Positions 1 to 10,802 of a stretch of DNA of 20,306 bases are shown piece by piece; positions within the stretch are counted from its first letter, which is position 1, and the number at the start of each line of letters is the position of its first letter. The stretch lies in contig NW_021823942.1 in NCBI RefSeq assembly GCF_006345805.1, forward strand, positions 1-20,306, written 5' to 3'. Below the pieces are notes generated by a model that was not told the origin of the DNA, did no database searches, and saw only the letters and a list, made by a program, of their open reading frames with translations. This DNA is from Octopus sinensis (Eukaryota). The position numbers and the translations under genes were made by a program.

Positions 1-119
1 ATATATATATATATATATACATCTTTAAGCATATATCTGCAAATATATACATATATATATATATTACATATATATATATATACATATACATATATATGTA
101 TATATATATATATATATAT

Positions 120-156
<37 letters not shown>

Positions 157-168
157 TGTATATATACA
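1..168. repeat. (AT)n-dominated microsatellite tract
   Basis: Interrupted TA dinucleotide runs seen directly. Confidence 0.95.
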
Positions 169-445
169 AAACACACAGATATGTGTGTGTGTTTCATGAA
201 TCAGATATCGATATTCTAACACACTGCCAAACAGATCTACTCTCACATGTACACATGAATACATACAAGACACGGGGATAAATATAAATACAAACGTACA
301 TGCATACGCGTATACATACACACATACATGCATATATACACCTAAACAACGACACATACATACACAGACTCCCATACTTATATACCGAAATATTTCTATC
401 TATCTCTACCTATCTAGCTAGCTTTGCCTATCTATCTCTCTGTAA

Positions 446-589
<144 letters not shown>

Positions 590-690
590 TTGCGCTGATA
601 TATCTAATTAACTGTATGTAGAGCTAAACTAACATAGACAAAAAAATAACTATTTTTTATGCACTGACACATAAGATCAATCGCAGGCAC

Positions 691-1030
691 ACAAACACAC
701 ACACGCACACACACACACACACACACACAACACATACACACACACACACACATACACACACATACATACAAACACACGTACAAATACACATACCAATCGA
801 GTGAACATATACGCGTCCCTACGCAGGTACAGACGAAAGCTTAACTGCGCATGACTGGTCAAAATCAGACGGTCAATATGAAGATGATGGAATGAGTACA
901 AAGAAATTGATATTGCCATTGATGGCTTGACCATCGAAACCGAGACCAGATACAGGGTGTGGACCAATCAGAACGTCACACCACCCAGCCAACACAACAA
1001 CGACAGAATACACACACACACACACACACA

Positions 1031-1074
<44 letters not shown>
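691..1074. repeat. Two (CA)n microsatellites (691-771 and ~1011-1074) flanking a ~240-bp unique island
   Basis: Seen directly. Confidence 0.9.
827..930 (+). CDS. Possible short terminal coding exon of an unknown gene (xTDESLTAHDWSKSDGQYEDDGMSTKKLILPLMA*)
   Basis: Follows CGTCCCTACGCAG (AG at 825-826). Only this + frame stays open, to TGA at 928-930. No homology recognised. Confidence 0.2.
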
Positions 1075-1076
<2 letters not shown>

Positions 1077-1206
1077 TCTCTGTGTGTATTTCCAGTTGAG
1101 TAGAAAATTTCCGTTGTACCGGAACTATTCGATTGTATTGCAATTTGCGTGTCTGTGTGTCGCTGCGTTGCCCTTAAGAGAAATTAAGGAAATATCATCG
1201 CTGCTG

Positions 1207-1348
1207 TTATTCTTATCACCATTATTATTATTATTATAATTATTATTATTATTATTATCGTCATTGTTATTGATATTATTATTATTATCATTATCTTTAT
1301 TAGTATTATCATTTCTATTATTATTATTATTGTTATTATTATTATTAA
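1207..1348. repeat. Imperfect (TTA)n microsatellite
   Basis: Seen directly. Confidence 0.95.
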
Positions 1349-1484
1349 GATGATTTCATTTTTTATATGGTATTAGATTTTGGGTTTTTTTAAACTACGT
1401 TTTTATATATTTGCCTTAGGTTATTTATTAGTATTATTTTTATTTTTAATCACGCAGACACACGCTGATACAGGGTTCCATATG

Positions 1485-1486
<2 letters not shown>

Positions 1487-1531
<45 letters not shown>
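1487..1531. repeat. (GT)n microsatellite
   Basis: Seen directly. Confidence 0.97.
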
Positions 1532-1533
<2 letters not shown>

Positions 1534-1837
1534 CTTTATAATAAGTATTTGTAATTTATTCAAGAATCTGCAATGAAAGTAATATTCTGTAATATGGTGA
1601 CTGGCCAATTCTTTGTGTCTGTTCTACGGTTTTGCATCATTGACTGAGCAGACCAATGATGGAATTGTAAGGAAACCAAACCAAACAAAAAAGCATAAAA
1701 ATATAGAAAAGAACACAGACCCACCCCTACCAAAGAAACAGCCATAGCAATATATATATATATACACTCACACACACAATCACATATACGAACAGAAACA
1801 GCATTTATTCTTCTGTATGATGAATACAACAATCGTG

Positions 1838-1909
<72 letters not shown>

Positions 1910-1921
1910 CAACAACAACAA
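1838..1921. repeat. (AAT)n grading into (AAC)n microsatellite
   Basis: Seen directly. Confidence 0.97.
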
Positions 1922-2087
1922 CTTTGTAGCCTATCACTAGGGTGAGATCTTCAAAAACGACCGAAATTGCAATAAATACCATGAACGCACCCGAATGTCC
2001 AAATATCGAAAATGACCGAAGCTAATGACCAGTGGTAAAGCCAATTGCTATGGGAAGATATGTGTTATCTGAAATGGCCAACGATAA

Positions 2088-2119
<32 letters not shown>

Positions 2120-2659
2120 GCATATATATATGAAGAAGAAGAAAATAGGTAACAAAGACAAAATGAAATCAACAAAAGGAAGCGTATAAAACCAAACAGA
2201 GGCGAATGAAAACGAGAGGCCGAACTGGAGAAAGAGAGCTAAATCATGAACGAGTGCCGTATAAATTTCTTGGTTGGTTGCGCGCCATAAATTACTATTG
2301 TGGCGCTGGTTCGAACTGAAATGGTTTTTCGCCCAAAAACTCCCATCTTAGATAATTCAGAATCGCCGCCATTTATGGGCTTTAGTATTCCTATTTAGAT
2401 GAAGGGCAGGGATGAAGGAAGGTGTCTGGATTAGCGATGTCGAGGGAACAGCGTTAATGTGGTAAAGAGGGGTGGGTGAATGGGGATGAGATGGTAGAGG
2501 TGGTGGTGGTGGTGGGTGTAGCAATGGCGGGGTGAGGGAGAAGGAATGGTGAGTTATGTTGTTTAAAGGATCATATTGTAAGGAAATATAACGTAGGTGG
2601 CAAGACTTTCAATCTTTAGATCGCCACCGTGGCCGGTAGTGATGACAGCCTGCCCATCG

Positions 2660-2664
<5 letters not shown>

Positions 2665-2690
<26 letters not shown>

Positions 2691-2751
2691 TATATATATA
2701 TATACACACACATACATATTGACACACACATATATATCTACATATACGTAC

Positions 2752-2782
<31 letters not shown>

Positions 2783-3227
2783 CACACACACATATATATA
2801 TATACATATACATACATATGTATATATGCATTTATATACGTATATACAAATACATATGTATGTATGTATCTTAGTTTGTATACATATGTGTATATATATG
2901 TATGTGTATGTGTGTACATATATATCGGCGTGTGTACATTTATATATATATTTGTGTTCGTGGGTGTATGTTTATCTATATGTATATATATGTGTGTGTG
3001 CATATGTGTGTTAGTGCGTCGATAGATATATATATATATAGATACCTGTTTAGATACATATGCAATCGTATCGGTTATACACACACACACACACACATAA
3101 GTATGTACGTAAGTATATTTCCGACAATGAATATATATGTATATTTACATGTGTGTTTGTGCTTGTAATGATTGTAGATACATGTATACATAGACACAGT
3201 TATATGCGTAGAAGTATGTATGTATGT

Positions 3228-3270
<43 letters not shown>

Positions 3271-3476
3271 CATATATATACATATATATACATATATATA
3301 CATATATATACATATATATACTATATATAAGTACACATATCTGCAAAATGATATACATAATTACATACGTTTATATGTGCATTTATGCTTATAGGTGCCT
3401 GTATATATACAAATGTATGCTTGTGTGTGTGTGTATATATGAATGTATATATGAATGTATATACATTATACACATA

Positions 3477-3514
<38 letters not shown>

Positions 3515-3791
3515 TATGTGTATAATGTATATACATTCATATATACATTATATGTATGTATATATATGCATATATATATATGCATACATATATACGCATG
3601 TGCGTATGTCCTGATATATCTATATATATCTATATATAGGAACACACTCACACACGCGCACACAGACACACACTCACACATACACACACATATATATATA
3701 CAAGCACCTAATCTGGACATGCACACTTGGTTATGTACATTAATGAAAATCTCAGGATTGCTAGATCCGTTTAATGTCCCTTCTCAAATTA

Positions 3792-3829
<38 letters not shown>

Positions 3830-3850
3830 ACAACACACACACACACACAC
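2665..3850. repeat. Long low-complexity (AT)/(GT)/(CA) mosaic
   Basis: Seen directly; it accounts for the many YI/HT/CV-rich pseudo-ORFs in this interval. Confidence 0.9.
3442..3549. repeat. Perfect 108-bp palindrome: 39-bp arms around a self-complementary (AT)15
   Basis: 3442-3480 is the exact reverse complement of 3511-3549 (checked base by base); 3481-3510 is (AT)15. Confidence 0.95.
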
Positions 3851-4239
3851 GTGTTTGTATATATGTATTTCTATAAATACAAATAACGTGTGTATTCACA
3901 ATGTGAGATAGTTATAAAGAGAGAAACTGTGAGAGGCTGAAAAAACTTGAAAGGGATGTGCAACGCAGAGGAAAAATCCTGCTATTTATTCTATTCAAAT
4001 AGTTACGTCTATCCAATGTTCCCTTTCACTATATTGGGAGGGCTTGCTAAAGGTCATAGCTTGTGCCCCTCCTTTAAGTGACTAAACTGTAAATGCAATG
4101 ACTCCATTTAGCTATACTTCTACCTTGGTTAATGCTATTTCATTCTATCTATCTATCTATGCAGTTAACGGTCTAGCTGTCTGTCTGTTCAACTATCTGC
4201 AAATGTGTCTGCCTCTGTTCACACCTCTTTCTCTCTCTC

Positions 4240-4275
<36 letters not shown>

Positions 4276-4510
4276 CCTATATATATATATATATATGTAT
4301 GTATATATAGTATAAATGTGTATATATATATGTGTGTGTGCGTGTGTCTGTGTGTGTGTGTGTGAATACTTATATATATATATATATTTATGTAAACACA
4401 CAACGCACACACATTACATTAGGGTGTATATACCTTCATTTCTGCACATAAATGTCTGTGTGAGAATATATAAGTAGATATCTGTACATGTATATCTTTT
4501 ATCGTATACG

Positions 4511-4556
4511 TTTTACTTGTTTATCATTTGAGGGTGGCCATGCTGGGGCACCGCCT
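4511..4556 (-). mobile_element. 3'-end fragment of the SINE family seen at 9646-10030
   Basis: The reverse complement AGGCGGTGCCCCAGCATGGCCACCCTCAAATGATAAACAAGTAAAA shares AGGCG...AATGA..AAACAA.TAA with 9993-10015 and matches the family tail as I recall it. Confidence 0.5.
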
Positions 4557-4599
4557 ATGTTTACTAATACAATCATACACACACATATATATGTATTGC

Positions 4600-4636
<37 letters not shown>

Positions 4637-4643
4637 ATATATA

Positions 4644-4920
4644 CAATTGCAGCGTGGAAGGTGTTTATAAGCCATCTAAGAAACACACAAAAGCCGTTCG
4701 ATTCACTTCAACATTTAAGTTTAATTTGTCAAAATATTTTCGTCGCTAAAATCCGCGACTGTTCATGACAAAAATCATTGCTGCATGGATTTTTGTCAGT
4801 GAACAGGTCGCGGATTTTAGCGACGAAAATATTTTGACAAATTAAAATTAAATGTGGAAGTGAATCGAACGGCTTTTGTGTGTTTCTTAGATGGCTTATA
4901 AACACCTTCCACTGCAATTG
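4644..4920. mobile_element. Foldback/MITE-like palindromic element (~133-bp inverted arms, ~11-nt loop)
   Basis: CAATTGCAG..GTGGAAGGTGTTTATAAGCCATCTAAGAAACACACAAAAGCCGTTCGATTCACTT...TGACAAAAATC (4644-4776) is mirrored by 4788-4920 with few mismatches. No ORF. Confidence 0.8.
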
Positions 4921-4989
4921 TTTTCGTTTCAGCACACGATCTCAGATCAAATTACTTGCTATGCGAGTACATCTCCAAGATATATATAT

Positions 4990-5024
<35 letters not shown>

Positions 5025-5317
5025 CCTTCAAAACGTAGAGTAGATGAAACTATAGCGACTGAAGAAGGGGTTTTTCTTATTTTTCTTTGTGTTAATTGTC
5101 CTGTACTCGATTTTTTTTTTTGTTAAAAAAAAATGTCCAGTTCCTTTGTTTGTGTCTATGTTTTCGTGTCTCTTTGTGTTCGACGTCCCTTGGTGTCCTG
5201 TACTCATATATGCGTGTATATGTACATGTAGAGGTAGGTACGTACATATATGTTTATATATATGCATATGTTTTATTTCATTTATTAATATATATATATA
5301 TACACATTATGTATATA

Positions 5318-5879
5318 TAGTGTACAATGGGTAAATTATTGCCATTTTTATATGTTTCAATTTCCTTTAAGCGAATTGTTTGTTTTTGATTTTCTCGCTA
5401 TTCACTCAGAAATTTGGAAGCGACATACTGCACTGCGTGGCATTCGCTCCGAAAGCTCCAGTACGAACAGATGACTGTGCCATGCTACACAAGCAAGAGA
5501 ACCCAGTCATGGCTGTTAGACAATTTCTGCGACCACATCACCCCTAACATCTGGACACTTGACTTCCCTGACTGCAACCCCCTTGATTATTATATGTGGG
5601 GTGCAATTGAGTGAGAGACGAACAAAACTCTTTGTAACACCAACGAGGAACGGAAGGTAAGGATTATGAGAGCATAACTTAAGCAAGGAGACCATCCAGA
5701 AGAGTTGCAGGAGATTCCGAAGTCGTGGTAGAAGCCGAAGGCGATTTTATTGAATAAATTTAATCTTTAGTATTTCAAGATATTTTTATGCAATTTTGGT
5801 AAATATATCTGTTAAAATGAATTGTCAGTGTTATTTTCATTTTTGCGTAACTTAGATGACAATATATTCACGCACCCTG
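5318..5879 (+). mobile_element. Internally deleted Tc1/mariner (DD37D/maT-like) DNA transposon with a decayed transposase
   Basis: ~5465-5757 translates with indels to (Q)DC-PCYTSKRTQSWLLDNFCDHITPNIW-LDFPDCNPLDYYMWGAIE*ETNK...GDFIE*, resembling the QQDxAPxH and WPPxSPDxNPLDYxxW mariner motifs. The right end reads CAGGGTGCG on the minus strand and is followed by TA (5880-5881). A degenerate left TIR lies at ~5318-5345. Confidence 0.85.
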
Positions 5880-5903
5880 TATGTATGTATGTATGTATGT
5901 ATG

Positions 5904-5968
5904 TATTCTCGCACACATAGAACGCAATGCGATAAGTTCAACAAAACCCTACAAAATGGTACTCCAGA
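5904..5968 (+). repeat. 65-bp repeat arm, with inverted copies at 6883-6947 and 7973-8037
   Basis: The reverse complement of 5904-5968 matches 6883-6947 at 62 of 65 positions. Confidence 0.92.
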
Positions 5969-6020
5969 ATGGCCTGAAACCGATGAAAGAGCGAGGAGAT
6001 CATAGAAAGATTAATAGAGA

Positions 6021-6055
<35 letters not shown>

Positions 6056-6265
6056 AACTAGAATGATGACGAGCTTATATAAGACGAACGTGTATATATA
6101 TATATATATATATACACATATATATATATATTGATATGTATATATATATATATATTTGTGTGCGTATGTATCTATAATTTTTCATATATATATATATACT
6201 GTATATATATATATATATATATATATACGTATATATATATATATGTATATATATGAATATATATA

Positions 6266-6797
6266 GCACTTTCGAGTGCTGCTGGTAACATGAAACCCAA
6301 TAAGACCTGTTGCATGGTCGGGTCGTCGGCGACTAAACCGGCAACCCCACCAAGCTTGCTTGGTGAGGAGGGTGTTTATTGGACACCCTGCGTGATGAAA
6401 AACAAAGCCCGTCAAAGGGCGGAGGAACTCTTGAGAGTCAACGGCCATCCAATAAATGTCTTAAGGCTGTATCATGCGCGGGGACATAGAAATAATCGGA
6501 CTGAATACCCGATCGCGCGGTTAAACCAGTGGGAGTGAAGGACTCCTAGCCTTTGTTAGGGCATCCTTCTAGGAGAAGGTAACTCAGGTAACTGGGATAA
6601 CTCCGACATAAAACTTGCGGCTCAGTGGTTACCGATGATGTTGACTTGTTCTTCTTTTCGGATTATGGCTGCTGTTGCTCAGTGCACAGCCTTTCCTCAC
6701 TTTACAAAAAATCTTCTTGCACAGGCATTGCGCGAGAACAACATTGATTAAGCTTCGTGCAATGGCCAAACTTGATAATGAGGGGGCAGCCACCGTT
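6266..6797 (+). mobile_element. Probable 5' UTR / 5' end of an RTE-type non-LTR retrotransposon, truncated into a microsatellite
   Basis: GC-richer structured island with CTAGGAGAAGGTAACTC and ATAAAACTTGCGGCTCAGTGG, resembling RTE 5' UTR motifs as I recall them. No endonuclease or RT sequence is present to confirm the call. Confidence 0.5.
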
Positions 6798-6822
6798 ATA
6801 TATATATACATATGTGTGTATG

Positions 6823-6855
<33 letters not shown>

Positions 6856-7477
6856 ATGTGTGTATGTGTGTGTAACTATCTATCTGGAGTACCATTTTGT
6901 AGGGTTTTGATGAACTTATCGCATCGCGTTCTATGTGTGCGTGAATACATACGTACATACATGCATGATAAATGCATACAGACAACCACACACACACATA
7001 CATATATGTACGATATGCCTTAGGTGTGAAACGGCGTGTGTGTGTGATTTTTTGATGCCGGATGAGATGTAGGATCCGATAATGAATTTGAATTGATTTA
7101 ATAAATCTATATCCTCAGGTTATATAAACACTTGCAGTGACAGTCACCGCATATATACACGCTCACATTCATACGCTGACATACGCACACACGCACACAC
7201 ACACCCATATGCACGTATATTATATAATATTTATGTATAAATACTGATATATATATATATACATGCGTACACATATATACACACATACATATATACACAC
7301 ATATACATACACACACACATATGCATACACACACACACATATATATACATTTATACACATATATATGCACACCCATGTATGTTTGTGTGCGTGTATGTAT
7401 ATATATATATATGTGTGTGTGTGTCTGTGTTTATAAGTATTCGTACAATCCTACCGATATATACGTCTTGTGTGTTT
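6412..7477 (+). repeat. Tandem duplication, copy 1 (~1.07 kb)
   Basis: Colinear and near-identical to 7511-8572. Confidence 0.95.
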
Positions 7478-7510
7478 GCATGTATGTATGTATGTATGTA
7501 TGTATATGCC

Positions 7511-7914
7511 TCAGAGGGCGGAGGAACTCTTGAGAGTCAACGGCCATCCAATAAATGTCTTGGCTGATCATGCGCGGGGACATAGAAATAATCGGACTGA
7601 ATACCCGATCGCGCGGTTAAACCAGTGGAGTGAAGGACTCCTAGCCTTTGTTAGGGCATCCTTCTAGGAGAAGGTAACTCAGTAACTGGGATAACTCCGA
7701 CATAAAACTTGCGGCTCAGTGGTTACGATGATGTTGACTTGTTTTCTTTTCGGATTATGGCTGCTGTTGCTCAGTGCACAGCCTTTCCTCACTTTACAAA
7801 AAATCTTCTTGCACAGGCATTGCGCGAGAACAACATTGATTAAGCTTCGTGCAATGGCCAAACTTGATAATGAGGGGGCAGCCACCGTTATATATATATA
7901 CATATGTGTGTATG

Positions 7915-7949
<35 letters not shown>

Positions 7950-8572
7950 ATGTGTGTATGTGTAACTATCTATCTGGAGTACCATTTTGTAGGGTTTTGA
8001 TGAACTTATCGCATCGCGTTCTATGTGTGCGTGAATACATACGTACATACATGCATGCATAAATGCATACAGACAACCACACACACACATACATATATGT
8101 ACGATATGCCTTAGTGTGTGAAACGGCGTGTGTGTGTGATTTTTTGATGCCCGGATGAGATGTAGGATCCGATAATGAATTTGAATTGATTTAATAAATC
8201 TATATCCTCAGGTTATATAAACACTTGCAGTGACAAGTCACCGCATATATACACGCTCACATTCATACGCTGACATACGCACACACGCACACACACACCC
8301 ATATGCACGTATATTATATAATATTTATGTATAAATACTGATATATATATATATACATGCGTACACATATATACACACATACATATATACACACATATAC
8401 ATACACACACACATATGCATACACACACACACATATATATACATTTATACACATATATATGCACACCCATGTATGTTTGTGTGCGTGTATGTATATATAT
8501 ATATATGTGTGTGTGTGTCTGTGTTTATAAGTATTCGTACAATCCTACCGATATATACGTCTTGATGTGTTT
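7511..8572 (+). repeat. Tandem duplication, copy 2, including a second partial copy of the RTE-like 5' fragment
   Basis: Starts TCAGAGGGCGGAGGAACTC (compare 6412 TCAAAGGGCGGAGGAACTC) and ends ...CCGATATATACGTCTTG. Separated from copy 1 by a (GTAT)n spacer. Confidence 0.95.
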
Positions 8573-9299
8573 CGTTTATTATGAAGTATTTTATTATTTA
8601 TCCTAAAACTGTATTTCAGAAAATATTAAACGAACACTGAAAAATCTAATTAAATATTGATTTTTATGTTACCTTCAAATTTTTTTTTTTTTTTTTCATG
8701 AATGACTCTTTATTTAATTTTTCTTTTCAAATTTTGAATGAATAACTTAAAGTTTCTGTAGGGAAAATACAAAAGACAGCAACAAAGGCAACATGAACAA
8801 GAACAATGTCAACAAATAAACTCTATATTACAAAGAAATACGGCATAATGTAAGAACGATGTTAATTTATAATAACAAAAAAGTATTTTTTCTCTATAAT
8901 TGCCTGCTATGCATTGAGACCATCTGTGGGAGCCGAAACCCTCCTGGCGATAATTCAGCTCGTGTGTGATTTTGCTTCTCATTTTTGTTTTCAACCGTTT
9001 AAACTGGTTCCACGTTGGGGCAATATTGCCTTCTGGCGTTTTAATGAAATTCATCTTTACCAAATTCAGGAAGATTGTCCAATGCCATGTCTGGTCACGG
9101 TCAATATTGTCTGTGAGCAACACCATTTCTGTTTTATTTTTTCCTTTTGTTCTATTTTGAGCATATTGTACGAGTAGGTGGAATCTTCCTTATTTAAACC
9201 GAACGCTTTACTGTTTCTATATAAATCATTCGGAATACATTATTCAAATACATCTCGACAGTATATAAAATTCTTATGACGTCAATAATATACTGGCAA

Positions 9300-9626
9300 C
9301 CGGTACTCCGTCGGTTACGACGACGAGTGCACCAATTGATTGTTCCGATCAACGGAACAGCCTGCTCGGGAGATTAACATGCATGTGGGTGAGTACTCCA
9401 CAGACGCATGTACTCGACGTAGTTCTCGGGGAGATTCAGCACGACAAAGAATGTGACAAGGCTGACCCTCTGAATTATATGTATAAATTGTTTTTGACTG
9501 CTGAATGACCTACAGCATTGTAAAATAAAGTGTCTTGCTCAAGGACATAACGCACCGCCGGGAATTAAATTCACGACCTTCCGATCGTGAACCGAATACC
9601 CTAACCACTAAACCACGCACCGTCAC
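9300..9626 (-). mobile_element. tRNA-derived SINE on the minus strand
   Basis: The minus-strand head has a box A-like TGGTTTAGTGG and a degenerate box B (GAATTTAATTCCC). It is followed by TGTCCTTGAGCAAGACACTT (CORE-like, shared with the 15034 SINE) and a body ending GTCGTCGTAACCGACGGAGTACC. Confidence 0.75.
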
Positions 9627-9645
9627 TCGTCAAATATATATATAT

Positions 9646-9806
9646 GCACATGCGTGGCTGTGTGGTAGGAAGCTTAGTTTCCAACCACATATTTCCGTGT
9701 TCAGTCCCACTACGTACTACCTTGGGCAAGTGTCTCGTACTATAGCCTCCGGCCGACCATAGTCATGTGAGAAGATTTCGTAGATGGAAACTGAAAGAAG
9801 CCCGTC

Positions 9807-9841
<35 letters not shown>

Positions 9842-10030
9842 TGTGCGCCTGTGTTTATCCCCCCCACCATCGACTGACAACCGATACTAGTGTGTTTACG
9901 TCCCCGTAACCTTGCGCTTAAGCAAAAAGATATCGATAGAATAAGTACTAGGTTTACAAGGAATACGTCCTGGGGTCGATTTGTTCGACTAAAGGCGAAT
10001 GACAGAAACAAATAACAGAATAAAAATAAT
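9646..10030 (+). mobile_element. tRNA-derived SINE with an internal (AT)n microsatellite
   Basis: Head TGGCTGTGTGG (box A-like) ... GTGTTCAGTCCC (box B-like), then CCTTGGGCAAGTGTCT (CORE-like), internal (TA)n, and a 3' body ending TGGGGTCGATTTGTTCGACTAAAGGCG with an A-rich tail. Confidence 0.8.
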
Positions 10031-10284
10031 AAAAAATGTGTGTGTGTGTGTATTAAAGAAAGTATAATGAAGAATTCTGTTTATGCGATTCTAAAATCTG
10101 GTTCAAACATATTACATTCTTTATTTCTAAACTAACATAATCCTTGGTCAGTTCAGCAAAATACCAATAACTGATAAAATTCGGATGTACAACTTGTGTC
10201 TGTCACGCGTATTTAACAACCACACGGATAATCTTCATTGGACATTCTGTCAGCTAGGTTTTCATAACACGGAGTGCTTACAGA

Positions 10285-10480
10285 GTTATTTGTCGAGTGG
10301 TTAAGGTATTACGCTCCTGGTATCTGCAACCCGGTTTCGATTCGCAGACTGTATGCGTGTTGTATTCTTGAGGCTCATTCTGCTCCCGTTGTTCTCGTCC
10401 ACTCAGCCGTAAATGGATAACCTTGCAACAGACTAACGTTTCGTTCAAGGAGAAGGATTGATTCCCCGTCTAGCCAAGAT
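10285..10480 (+). mobile_element. Old, diverged tRNA-derived SINE remnant
   Basis: TGTCGAGTGG (10291-10300, box A-like), GGTTTCGATTCG (box B-like), followed by GTCCACTCAGCCGTAAATGG. Confidence 0.55.
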
Positions 10481-10802
10481 CATTCAAATGCTAAAAGAAT
10501 GCGAAGCGCATTGTGACCGGCGATCTATAACAGCATCCGATTATCTGGCGCATACCATGATATATACATATAAGATCCAAATTAAGGGACTGGAAGAGGT
10601 AAAATCCAGCTATGATGCTTCCCAACCAATCCTTCTCGCGATCAGAGATGCACATATCATCAACCACCAAGGGACATGCTCAGCTGATTATTGTTAAGCA
10701 ACAGACAAGCAAATCTGTGGTAGTGTGAAGAATATTTGCTGTAGCTCACCTTTTATCGTTATTATTATTATTGTTGTTGTTGTTGTTGTTGTTGTTATTG
10801 TT

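Noticed and set aside
2469-2540. G-rich tract as a G-quadruplex
   Set aside because: Only three closely spaced G3+ runs; the rest is a (GGT)n microsatellite.
2575-2660. Minus-strand peptide [18 protein letters not shown], vaguely WD40-like
   Set aside because: Too short, lacks the W-D end, and has no convincing acceptor tract.
4003-4081. YVYPMFPFTILGGLA resembling the last TM helix of SLC22/MFS transporters after AATAG
   Set aside because: The similarity collapses immediately (KGHSLCPSFK*), there is no LPET motif and the donor is weak; probably chance.
5025-5070. Hammerhead-like arrangement CCTTC-AAAAC-GTA...CTGAAGA-AGGGG (type II order)
   Set aside because: The core GAAA is mutated and stems I and III do not close; it cannot be an active ribozyme as written, though the repeat consensus might merit a check.
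8762-9177. Overlapping ORFs and AG/GT-bounded segments (8762-8849; 8809-9126 minus; 8914-9177)
   Set aside because: 8762-8849 has stops in all three frames, and the longer ORFs show no recognisable domain or preferred frame.
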